From the NCBI GenBank assembly GCA_964106645.2, contig OZ067043.1: a stretch of 64,000 nt of DNA; one strand, given 5' to 3'. A model generated the notes under the pieces. It did not search any database, was not told the DNA's origin, and saw only the letters and a program-made list of their open reading frames with translations. Shown here piece by piece: positions 40,151-51,393 of the stretch. The position numbers were made by a program, and so were the translations under genes. Position 1 is the first letter of the stretch, and every line of letters begins with the position of its first letter. This stretch comes from Podarcis pityusensis. Lineage: Eukaryota.

Positions 40151-41439
40151 ATAAGGCAGTTTCCCATGTTGCAGGTAGTTCTACAGATACTCTTATTGTA
40201 AATGGAGGCAGCCACTCAGTAAGCTAGAACTAAAAAGGTAGAGCCAATAGGCAGCTCCTAAAGTGCAAGGATGTTTTCAGCATGAACCTTGAGATATTTG
40301 TGGTGGTAAACAAAGGAGGATTTAAAATGTATCAGAGGAGGAAATGATAGCCCTGTGAAACATTATAAATCCTTTGTTCCTTGTCTTCTTGTCTCCGTTC
40401 ATTTTTCTTACAGCCACCCCATTCATGTGCCTTTTGCTTCCTCTGCATAAAGAATTGTTAATTCTCCCTCTGCCATTCCCTTTTTCTAGCCCCAAGTATT
40501 TTTGCAGGGGCCTTAGGGCATGCCCAAGCAGCTATTCCTCTGTGTTAATGAGACTCTCTGCTTACATAGGTTATTACACAAGCTGCTTTGACTCTTCACA
40601 TTAGTCTGCAGCTGAAATAGCTTAGTTTAGACTGCTCAACCTGCCCTATCAATGCTTCTTACTTCCAGGAAAAATAAGAGTAACGGAGGGATGAGAGGTG
40701 TGGAAAAGCACACTATGCCAAACTAGAAAAGCTGACAATAGTTATGCCAATGCAAGGTAATTCCCAGTGCCTTAGGCTACAAATCCCTACACATCATTCT
40801 GAATTGGACACATCTACCCATCTTACGTGAGGGAAAGGAAGTAGATGCAGGGCTGGCTGAGGGAAAGGACAAGATGGTTAACAGGTGAAGCTTATTCCTG
40901 CATGGAGATGGGTATAGCTTCCCCTGCTGAATCTTGTGTCTCTTGTGCAGCTGCTTAGAAGTACAAGAGGCATGCAAGAAAATAAATAAATAGTAGTAGT
41001 CGTAGACTGTGGCCTGGAAACGGCCTGCATTGTAGGCATGTGAAATTATGCGGTGGGGTGGGGTAGGTGGTGCTAGCAGCCAACCATATGCCTATAGACA
41101 TCCTGGCACTGGGGCTAATAGCCATAGGCATCTGATTAGCCAATATTGGAACAGGATGCTGGGCTAGATGGGCTGCTGGCCTGATCCAACCAGTTCTTGC
41201 GTGAGGGTTGATGGGAACTAGGAGTCCAGTCCAGCAACATCTGGAGGGTCATAGGTTTTCCGTCCCTACTCTAAAACAACTGGGCAGTTCACATCCTTCT
41301 GCGGTGGGTTTGTAGTGTTACTGTGTCATTGTGCTGGTTTGATTAGGTGCCTTCCGTTTGCCGGGCTCATGGTTCTCATGACCTTTGTTACACATACACC
41401 CATCTTTTCACATTTTGCAATAAAGATGCAATTCGTGCA

Positions 41440-42660
41440 TCTCAATATCGCAGGGCGTCTCCTTTAAGCAGCGGCTCCCCCGAAAGGCGGCCAATAAGTA
41501 AACAGAGAGCAAAGGCGCGCATGCGCTTTTGCGCGGCTACTTATCCCGAAGCCTCCCTTAGAGCCTGAGCTCCCGCTTCCACCCCCCCGCCCGGCCTTGC
41601 TGCGCACGCGCGGAACCGCCCTCCTCTCTGCCCGCGAGTCTCGCGAGAAGCCGGGATTTATTCCTACGTGCTGTGCCGTGCTGCTCATGGCGGCGCTGGA
41701 GCGGGGGCGCTGAGCTGTTGGGGTAAGTGGGGTTGTCCCTGCCGGGAGGCCGGCAGCCTCCTCTGCCCGCCCGGCGCGACCTTGACGGTGGCGGGCAGGG
41801 AGAGCCGAGGGGGCTTGGAATGTCGCCTGTCACTCTGTCCCAGGGACCAACGGTCTAGCGCGGGGGGAACCCCTCCCCCACCCGCCGTGTGCCCTGCTCG
41901 TTTGACAGACGGGCGCAAAGAGGCGGGGGGGGGGCGGGAAGGGAGGGAGAAGCGAGAGAAAGGGAACCTTGCTGGGCCGAGCGGGCTCCCTCGCTCTCTT
42001 CTCTCCCCAGCTTCCGTTTGTCTCCAGGCAGGGGCCTAAAGAGAGGGAGGGAAAGGGAGCGGACTGGTGGGCCCGAACCCCGACATCACTACGGCTCCCA
42101 ATGTGCACCGCGCGACTGGCCTCCCCTCGCAGGGGCCGCTGGGGCTTGGAGTTCAGGGGCGCGGTGCTCTGGGCGGCCGCGGCGATGGAAAGCACTCCAA
42201 CTCCCGGCGCGGCGGCTGTAAGCTGCGCGGCCACTGGGCCTTCTGGGGGGTGGAGTCCTGGCACCTCGTCTTCGGCGGAGCGGAGTGGGAGACGGGAACT
42301 ACCTCTCCCGGCATGCAGCGTGCGGGTGCGGGGAGGGGAAGAGGAGGTCAATCTTCCTTTGTGTGAGGGGGAGCGGTCGCCATTTTCCTTCTCTCCCTCG
42401 CTCTACCCCCACCGCGCCCCAGCCTCGAGAGAGGGGCAGATAGTGGACACGCCCCAGGCGCCTGAGGGGAAGAACGTGCCCGTCGGTGTAACCGGCCGGA
42501 GGGGCGCCCAGGGCTGGATTCCGGCCTTGGCTCGCCCCCAGGCGCCGCAGGGCTGGGGCTTTGGGTTTCCGCATCTTTTCCTTTTCGGATGCGGACCCCC
42601 GCCCCGCAAGCGTTAGATCGCCCCTCAGTAGTAGGAGCCACCATCTTGCTGCCTCAGTGC
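41440..42660 (+). promoter_or_regulatory. CSDE1 CpG-island housekeeping promoter
   Basis: CCAAT at 41491; NRF1 palindrome GCGCATGCGC at 41517-41526; BANP/ZBTB33-type TCTCGCGAGA at 41639-41648; YY1-like ATGGCGG at 41687 and CGCCATTTT at 42378. Confidence 0.88.
41640..41722 (+). other. CSDE1: CSDE1 exon 1 (5'UTR; start approximate)
   Basis: ...GCTGCTCATGGCGGCGCTGGAGCGGGGGCGCTGAGCTGTTGGG|GTAAGT, close to the mammalian CSDE1 exon 1 as recalled. Confidence 0.85.
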
Positions 42661-43149
42661 CATGTGCTGTGGCTTTCTTTAATGTGATGCTGCGGCACAG
42701 GGTGGAATGGCCACCCGTAGCTCCTTTCGCTCATGTGGGCAGCGGTAACGAAGCTGAGGAAACAGACGATTGTCTGGCACCGCTCTGCGGGCGTCAGAAA
42801 TCCGTTTTGAGTGCTAACCCTACAACTAGGCAATTCAATTCATTTGCTGCAATATAGAACTATAAAGCCATTGTAATCAGATCTCTCAGCAATATTTTGA
42901 GGCTTTCTTCAATTATTATTACATGCTGCCTAACCAACATATTCGCCCTTTAGGTTATAAGCTTTAAATATGGGTGCAGTCTGATCCGTAAGCCCCCTTT
43001 AAGAATAAAGCCTTCTTAATTCTATTGATGCCTTTGATTTGCTGGTGACTTTGTCTCCAAACGATGACTATTTGCTGATTTACTCAGTGGGAAAGGGGTA
43101 TATAACAATACTGAATTCATAAAAGCGATATTGAATTGCAGTGCACTCC

Positions 43150-43150
<1 letters not shown>

Positions 43151-43230
<80 letters not shown>
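43151..43230. repeat. Compound (TG)n(TA)n(CA)n microsatellite
   Basis: Direct inspection. Confidence 0.95.
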
Positions 43231-45111
43231 TCTTGGGAGTAAACCCACTAAATTTGGTGGTCCTTTATCCTAAGTTGCATGGTTACAGCTGAAACCCATA
43301 CATGTCTGTTCAATAGGATTAGCACTCAAAAATTATGTTTAGGATTGCATTCAGCCTCCTGTATAATTTCCTTTAATTACTGCTATCTCTTAATTGCATG
43401 TGGATTCTTCTGATCTTGATTACCAATATTATATTTAGCTGATACCAAACAATGTTTTCAAAGACAAAACTCTTTGGTAGATGTCTCTGGAAACATGTAG
43501 CAATGCCTTGTTAGTGTTGCAATCTAAATATGGCTGCCACAGCTTACATCAGCTGTGTAGACAATGTACAGAAAACTTGACTCATGTCAACAAAGTACAA
43601 AAAAACAAAGATCACTTAAGTCATAAGGGGGGAATACAATTGAACTTGCTTTTTACTGTGCCTAACTTGAGCTAATCCTTTGTGGATTTATGTGTTATCC
43701 CAGAGTCTGCTGCATTGGAGGCTTGGCAGCTGCACTGGGTGTTTGCCATTGGGAGGAGTATTTATAGCAGCTGAGCTGAAAAGTAAAGAATTTAAAGCAC
43801 AGACATGCACACTACTGATTTCACTGAACTACAGGCCAATGCTTCACAACATGGGAGGATCAACATATTTTGCCACCAAGTACAGGGAATAGTTAGGTTT
43901 AAACTGATTTAGAAGCAAGCCCTTCTGAGCTTGGGAGTTCTGTGTAAAATATGCATAGGAATTAAGACTACATTCAGTGGAATGGGCACTCTTAAGCATG
44001 CTTATATTGAAGTAATAACTTTGTTTTAGTTGAATTTAATTTCAAGGATGTGCTTAGTAGTACAGCATAACAGCATTCTAGATTACACCAGCTAAGCTAA
44101 CCTGGTTCTATTCTTACAAAAATGTTCAATTTTCTTATCCTGCATGCTGACCTTCCTACTTTGATTGGCTAGGAGAGATTTGGGATGTTCCTTTTTTGCC
44201 TTACTAAGTATCTTGGTCTGTTTTTAACTGTGCTAACTGTACAGCAACAATAATATATGGAAACACTTACTATTCAAGAGATGTTGTCTTTCCTCCATGA
44301 TATGTTGTCTTTCCCCAAAACATTGTGGGTTAGGAAAGACAACAGAAGTATAAAAACAAAGATGTGGGGTTTTGGGTTTTTTTAAACAACTATTTACTCA
44401 TGTTCTCTAGCTCTTCCTGCTCATTTCCCTCTCAAGATCACAATCCCTTTTCACTCTCCTTCCCTTTATGTTAGCTGGCTCAGCTGTTGCACAGCATCAT
44501 TCTGCATTCCATGTCCAGTGAAGTTTGGATGCTGGAAAAAATTATCACTAGGGCCAGATTTATCTATCCGTTACTGCATCCTGACTCTATCATATGGGGA
44601 AAGAAATATGTAGCCCCTTCATTAATGAGAAAATACATTACATAGATGCTATTGATTATTTATTATTAGTGTATTATAAAAGACAAAGTAATAAAAGCTA
44701 GTTAAAAACCATAGTTAAAATACACCAAAACATATGTCTAGAGACAATGAATGAAACAAACACTAATAGATTACTGCTGGATAAGTGTTTAATGGTTATT
44801 GTATTTGTTTAAAAACCAATTAAAAATTGTGTGGTTTGGTTTTAAAAAAACACACTCATTAAGACCAGCAGTAAAATACAGTTTGCCATGGCAGTGGCCC
44901 AGTGGTCAGTATTGTCTGCACCTTAGTTTTCAAAGTCCTGTTTGAATAGGAAAGTCCTGACCTGCCAGCGGAAGAGGAAGCCAGTCTAACTTCTCTTGGG
45001 TGGGAATCCCATAATATGGAAGCAGGCACAGAAAAGGCTCTCTTGTGTCTCCACCAACCATGTTGATGGAACCGAGAGAAGGTGTACACCTGAGGTTCTT
45101 AGCACCCAGGC

Positions 45112-45113
<2 letters not shown>

Positions 45114-45150
<37 letters not shown>
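45114..45150. repeat. (TG)n microsatellite
   Basis: Direct inspection. Confidence 0.95.
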
Positions 45151-45151
<1 letters not shown>

Positions 45152-45927
45152 AATGTAGTGTTTCTTCCTAGTGCATTGGGTTTGGAAACAAATTCAAATA
45201 CACAACTTAAAATATAACTTTTGCATTTGTCTTCTGCTATAACTGGCAGGCTCAGGATGAAAAACAAATGAAAACAAAAATATACTTGCATGTTTCAACT
45301 CTTAAATCTTTTAGCAGTGTTCTTTGGTATTGGCCCAGATAAACTGCAGGGATTGGTTTGGACAAGCAGTTTACAGCAAATTTTTGTGCTACCTGCGTAG
45401 TTATGCTTGTTGTTGATATTATATAATAGCTTTAAATATTACAAATTATTGTACTTTTACGTTAGAGCATGATAATATCAACATTTTTAGATTACCATAC
45501 TGCTTTCCTAGAAAGCAAGTAAAAGTTTATTTAGGAAAGAAATAGACATTTCACATATGCTTTTGCATATCTGTGGCGATTAGTGTTTGATCTCTGTTCC
45601 TGAAGCAACAGGAGTTTATATTCTAGTTGTGAAAATGTTCATGACTCAAATACATGCTTATAAACGTATTGAAAATGGTTAAGAAGGCATGATTAGTATA
45701 TAAGCATTAGAATTTCTAGTAATTTCTGAGATTCTAACCAGATGTTATGTTCAGTGCAATTTAGGATTTGAGCTTAGTAAAAAGGTAGAAGCTTTTTTCA
45801 AGCATTAGTAAAACTTTGGAGTTGTGAGAAAGATCTGCTCAGAAGGTTGGGATCACATCTGTTAAGTGTCCAAAATGTCTAAAAGTTGTGGCATAATAGA
45901 CTTCTTATTTGTTTGTTTTCTCTCCAG

Positions 45928-46319
45928 TATGAAGTGTAACAGAACAGAATTTACCACCTGAAACTGCTGCTTCAAGTTCAGATCAGGAAAGGAACACATC
46001 ACATCGTAACAACAAAACAAGACCAAAGAAGAGTAAAATTTACACTGAAGACACAACACTTGATCTGAAACAAGAAGTTTGTGCCTACTCAACAGCTTCA
46101 AAAGAGCACGTCCCAACGCTGCTAGTAGTCTTTGTTTTCTTCAGTGCTGTGCTGAAACTGCCCAGTGCAGCACCAGTTATTCCTTATTAGCTTGATAGAT
46201 CACTTGTCTCTTGCTATCTCTTTTTTTTAACAATAGCAATCTTCAAACTTTGAAACGTGTGCTGAAACGAAGAATTCGCGAATACTACTGAAAGTGCAAT
46301 ATTAGAATATCACTGCGAG
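45928..46319 (+). other. CSDE1: CSDE1 exon 2, 392-nt 5'UTR exon (region of the reported UNR IRES)
   Basis: Strong acceptor TTTGTTTGTTTTCTCTCCAG; TATGAAGTGTAACAGAACAG...ATCACTGCGAG|GTTGGT closely resembles the human CSDE1 5'UTR as recalled. Confidence 0.88.
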
Positions 46320-46998
46320 GTTGGTGCATGTACTCGTTAAAACAGTAATAGATACTGGAATTAAAACTACTGTTTGACATGAGTTTAAATAATGCTTTTA
46401 TTTAAATCCTGACTGCCTTCATTTGGTCAGAATATCAAAAGCAGAGCTAACATCTGGCTGTGGTGCTTATGTTTTTAAATGATTCGAGTTCATCAGTATT
46501 GCCATTTGGTTATATTTGCTGAGCTAACTGTGGAATGCAATCTTATCATTGTAGCTATTTCATTAAGCTTTCTGCTACTATTTTCTAGTTTCTCCCTTTT
46601 GAAATCAGTTTACTCTAATGCTATAAGTCTGGATCTCAAACTTTCTCCATATCCTTCTCCCAATTACTAGTATCGGTCAGTGAGTCTCCATTTCATAAGC
46701 TGATAGGTTTAAATGTTAATTGTCTGCTATAAGGACAGCTGAATTAATAGTAACCATGAGTTCAGTTAGCATCCAGCTTCTGCTCTCCATTTCAGAACCC
46801 CTCTTGAGGTAAAATAAAGCTATTAAATGCTTCCTTAACTAGCACATCAATCCCTTCTTGTCTTAATATGTTAGGAGGCTGCCAGAATGGCAGCTTTTTA
46901 TGACACTGGATAAGTGGCAGATATACATTGACAAGGTTGTCTTGTTTGATTTTGTTATATGCAGCATTATAAAATTAAGTTGAAACAGGCGTAAAAAT

Positions 46999-47124
46999 AT
47001 GGCAAGCACCTGGAAAGAATTTGTTGAATTTTCCATGCCGTCTTCTCCCCCTACTGCATACGTTAGTGCCAACCTGGGCAATGCATCTCCAGTCGGACTG
47101 AATTTATCACCTTATGGCCAATCA
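46999..47124 (+). CDS. CSDE1: CSDE1 alternative upstream coding exon A (MASTWKEFVEFSMPSSPPTAYVSANLGNASPVGLNLSPYGQS)
   Basis: ATG in good Kozak context (AAT ATG G); 42 open codons ending exactly at a GTAAGT donor in phase 0; in frame with 49081 and 50892. Confidence 0.72.
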
Positions 47125-49080
47125 GTAAGTTCTTTTGCCATACTAGCAATATTCTTAAGGGTAAAGCCAAGCTAGCTCAGATGGTGTGATGCAACAACCT
47201 CCTTTGAGCAAAAAAAATGTGGCCAGTTTGCAGATTACTAGCAGAAACGTCTGCTCATTTTGGAACCTCTTATTAAACAAAGCATCCTATAACCCTGCCA
47301 GAGTGCAGTGAGCAGGCTAAAACACTCTTAATTTGACAGTTTCAGTTTGAAAATCATTTCACACTCACCCCTCATTCCCAACCATTCTTTTCATTGGTCA
47401 TTGTACCAGGCCTAGTTCCTGTTTCAGGGCAATTGGTTACCTCTCCAGCTGTTTAAAATCAAAACTACCCTAATACTTAGATAATTTTGGGTTTCTTTTG
47501 TTATTTCTCTGGAAAACCCCAAAACAGAGTGATCCAAAGCTTCCTTCAAATGGCCAAAAGTAGTCGATTCAAATTTTTGAGCCTTTTTGAAAATGAGCAG
47601 AGTATACATCTGCCAAATTTTCTTGTCTGTGACAACTCAATGTCTAGCTGGAATACGGTTGATAGCTAGTTAGTTGAAACATGTCCATCCTCAGCCTTTA
47701 CTAGCATGGAAATTGTTCAGGGGTTCTCCCCAAAAGCCTTTTAAGATTGGCAGCGAACTACTAAGTTTAAAAGTTTATGTCCTTGAGAGACAATGTGTTT
47801 GTTCTCATGTCTAGCATAGTTAAATGCTGGGGAAGGGGCTCTCTTCAATCCTCTAAAGACTTGTTTATTATTCAATAATGAAATGGAAGAGTAGTTGTGA
47901 TGCCATAAAGCATAATTAGGCAAAATTCTCAAGCCTCAAGATCGTATTTCAAAATAATTGAGGGCTGCCAATCCCTGGCAGCTTCAGTTAAAAAGCCCTT
48001 TCAACAGGGCTGAGAAAGACCTTTGTTTTAAATAACATTCAGCAGCTGCTGATCAGTAGCACTGAGCTAGATGGACTAATATTCTGATACTTTATAAGGC
48101 AAATAATATTCTTAAAATAAGAAAAAAATCCAGAAAAAAAGATTCTAAAATATCTTGTTCATTGCCCTAAAAACCCTGAAAATGACTGCTACTGTACATC
48201 AGTGTAGGAATTTCTTTCCTGCATTATGGATTTGACATAGTAAACAGTAAACCAGCAACTGTTCATGAATACAATACTGGTGCAACATGCTCTGTAGAAT
48301 AGAGGCTGTAAATTGTTGTTGGAGCAATTTCACTTCAGTTCATCTCTGTGCCATACAGTTGATGTTTGCTTAAATTTATTAAATAAAGGTTGAGGAGAAC
48401 TGAGACCAGCTGTTATCTTGCTGCCAATGTTCCTGGTGTCCTAAATTTAGTTAATGACCAGTTTTGAAGTGCTCATTACTTGAAATTCAGGTACTAGTCT
48501 CTCTTCTCCAAATCATGAGAAGGAAAGAAAGACTTCTCCTGAACCCTTAGGGTTAATGAGCACAGATAACATAGCGTTATCTGTGTAAAATTCCAGTTTT
48601 TGAATTGTTACTGTGTGTATGTACTCTCTAGAACCTATGTAACAAGCAGTTTTTCTGTGTCACATTAATAGTGCCAGTTCTTCTTCTATCCCTTTCAGAT
48701 GGGAAAATATAAAATGCTATTATAATTCTATCTGGACATACTGTTTGCTTCAGTGCAAGAACATGCAACATGTTCCAACTCTTAGCTCAATTCATAACTC
48801 AGTTATTTCAAATGACACTTCTCCCTTGTGAGTACTTTTGTGTAAGAGCTGGTCAGAGTTCTGGTAGTATGAGCAAAGCAGAACATTGTTGGAGAGGAAT
48901 TGACCTAGAAATAGTGCTTGCTAATACTATTTATACTGTAATCCTATTTTTAAAAAAGAAATTTGGATTGATTGCTTTCGACTTCCAGCTCTCTTGAGAA
49001 ATGGAATTTGATAATTACTTGGATGTGTTTAAAGATGTGCTAACTATTGACTAGTTATACTGTGTACTATGTTATCACAG

Positions 49081-49230
49081 CTGTATGAGATGGAGAACCA
49101 TTATACTGTGTCATCAGATCCTCTCCCCCCTCCTGCAGCTCCCCCTCCTTCTCATCCTTTACCTTTCTCTTCATCTTCTACTTCATCCGGGTCTAAAAAA
49201 CAGAAGAGGACCCCTCTTTATCAGAGATCT
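49081..49230 (+). CDS. CSDE1: CSDE1 alternative exon C, N-terminal extension (LYE-MENHYTVSSDP...KKQKRTPLYQRS)
   Basis: 150 nt with CACAG acceptor and GTAAGT donor; resembles the N-terminus of the long human isoform (MEN..TVSSDP...KKQKRTP.YQRS) as recalled; in-frame ATG at 49090. Confidence 0.88.
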
Positions 49231-50891
49231 GTAAGTCAGGGCAACTTGACAGACATGGAATCTTAGCATGGGGATCCTTTGCAGTTAACTCATCTCTGTA
49301 TATGTTCTCACTTCTAACTTCACTGATATTAAATCTCCTCAACAGGTTAAAGGATAAAATTCCACTTGAACCAGCTGGAAATCTTGCTGGGTTCTTAAAA
49401 GGTGCTTTCCTGTATCTGTTTCAGAAACTTAATGAAAGCTTGGTCATGTGTGTGTATGTGTTGCAACTTCATTTTATTCATTCTGATAAGTTGATTGAAT
49501 GTATCTTGCCCGCTTAGATTTATTTTCCTAATTCTTTGAAAGAATGATGGCATAGATAATATAAATTCTACTTGACACACTTGTAATAGGAAACAGTTTA
49601 TAGCAAGCACCTTCTCCAGATGCATTAATTTCTAAGTAGGGAGTTGTTGCATCTTATGTTGCCAAAAAATGAGTTGCAGTATATCTTAGTGCTTTTTGGT
49701 TGGCATGTGTACAAGGGATTTCTGTTCTTGTTTCTTTGCAAGAAGAGAAATGACCACTATTCTGTATTTCATAATGTTATCTTAGTGCCTGTACTAGTTG
49801 ACAAAAAACCAAAGCCTCTTTCAGCCCAATCCTATACTCAGAAATCCCACTGAGTTCAGTGGACCTTGCTCCTAAGTAATTGTCCATAGGAGGATTGCCC
49901 ACATGCATCTCCAAAAGCTGTATGTGGGCTTAGAATCTGGCATTGTCCTTGGTGGGTAGGTCAACTCTGATTAATAATGATGACAGCAAAGGGCATTATT
50001 TCCAGCATAATGAGTAAGGATCTGTTTGGTTATAACTGTGCAGTTAGAATATTGTGTTTAGAGCTTCTTACACATGGAACTTTTGTACGCTTAATGGCTC
50101 CTTGGAGTTGCAGGAATTTTAGGTTTGCTTTCTTAAACAGATACACAGGAAACTGCAACATATCTGTAAAATATATGGTCTCAAAATGCATGATTTTGGC
50201 AATTTCTTGCCTTGAGCCCTTTGACTTGCATGATATGTTCACTGATTCTTCTAACAGCAAAAGTTAAATGATACCCTAATACTAACTTATCTCTGGATTT
50301 GATTTAACTTAAGATAGCAAAATTGTTTTTAAAGCATATTTATATCTATGTGTTTCTAGAAGATTAATGAGAATTCAGCAGGGCAGTTTTCCCTGTTTTC
50401 TGGCATTAACCAATGCATTTATGGATAGAGAAGGAGCATTTAAGCTGAAGGAGTACAGCAAAGAATTATGAAAGTTCATAAGATATTAGGCCTCCAGTTC
50501 AACAAGGGTAGAGTAGGTGCTAATGGAAATTGCCTTAAGATTAGCAAGCTTTTGTCTTTGCTTTCTTGGTAGCCTTCTTTGGCAAAGGCAAGTTTATACT
50601 AATGACTAATTTTGAATAAAGTATTAACTTTATTCTGTATATAATGGGAAAATATAATGCTATATTTGCTATATTAACCGCATATAGATAAATCCTACAA
50701 GGTAAATGTGGTTTCGTTACTGATGGATCTCAGCTAGACAAATAGTGTACACAAGCTGTGCCTTAGCTGCCAGAAACTTTCTTGCTTATCTGATGCTCTT
50801 TAATGCACAATATGTGTTCTGTGTTCCCTTAAGTATGGAAGGTGATGGGAATTGCTTTTGGAGGCTTTCACAAGTTATCTTTTGCTTTCAG

Positions 50892-51090
50892 ATGAGCTTT
50901 GATCCAAACCTTCTCCATAACAATGGACACAACGGGTACCCCAATGGTACTTCTGCAGGACTGCGTGAAACTGGGGTTATTGAAAAACTGCTGACCTCCT
51001 ATGGATTCATTCAGTGTTCAGAACGGCAAGCTAGACTGTTCTTCCACTGTTCACAGTATAATGGCAACCTACAGGAGCTTAAAGTGGGAG
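50892..51090 (+). CDS. CSDE1: CSDE1 main start exon (cold shock domain 1)
   Basis: MSFDPNLLHNNGHNGYPNGTSAGLRETGVIEKLLTSYGFIQCSERQARLFFHCSQYNGNLQELKVG; the ATG is the first three bases of the exon. Confidence 0.97.
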
Positions 51091-51349
51091 GTAATTCGTC
51101 TGGTGGAATTCTCTGGGTTCATAACTGAGGCTCTTTACATGTGTGATGAAGATTAGCACCTCTTAACACTAGAGATGTGTCTGCCTAGTCAATAGTAGTT
51201 AAACCAACCATTAGATGAGAGAGCCAAAGTGAGGCCTTGTGTTTCAATTTATGATAATTTTTTGTTTTAGTTTCCCATTTTCTGTGGATTATTTTTATGT
51301 ATACTGCTTAGAAATGCAAGTAAGTAATATAGAAATGTCATAAATAAAT

Positions 51350-51393
51350 GATTGATTGATAGATAGATAGATAGATAGATAGACAGATAGATA
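51350..51393. repeat. (GATT)/(GATA)n microsatellite
   Basis: Direct inspection. Confidence 0.9.

Noticed and set aside
39694-40215. ORFs spanning X runs
   Set aside because: Artefact of the 131-N assembly gap plus a SINE.
41347-42857. Many overlapping ORFs (up to 215 aa)
   Set aside because: By-product of the composition of the CSDE1 CpG island.
49346-49517. Possible extra exon after exon C (CTAAC branch-like motif, CAACAG acceptor, 71-aa ORF)
   Set aside because: Only a weak donor (GTGCTT) and an immediate in-frame stop in phase 0; insufficient support.
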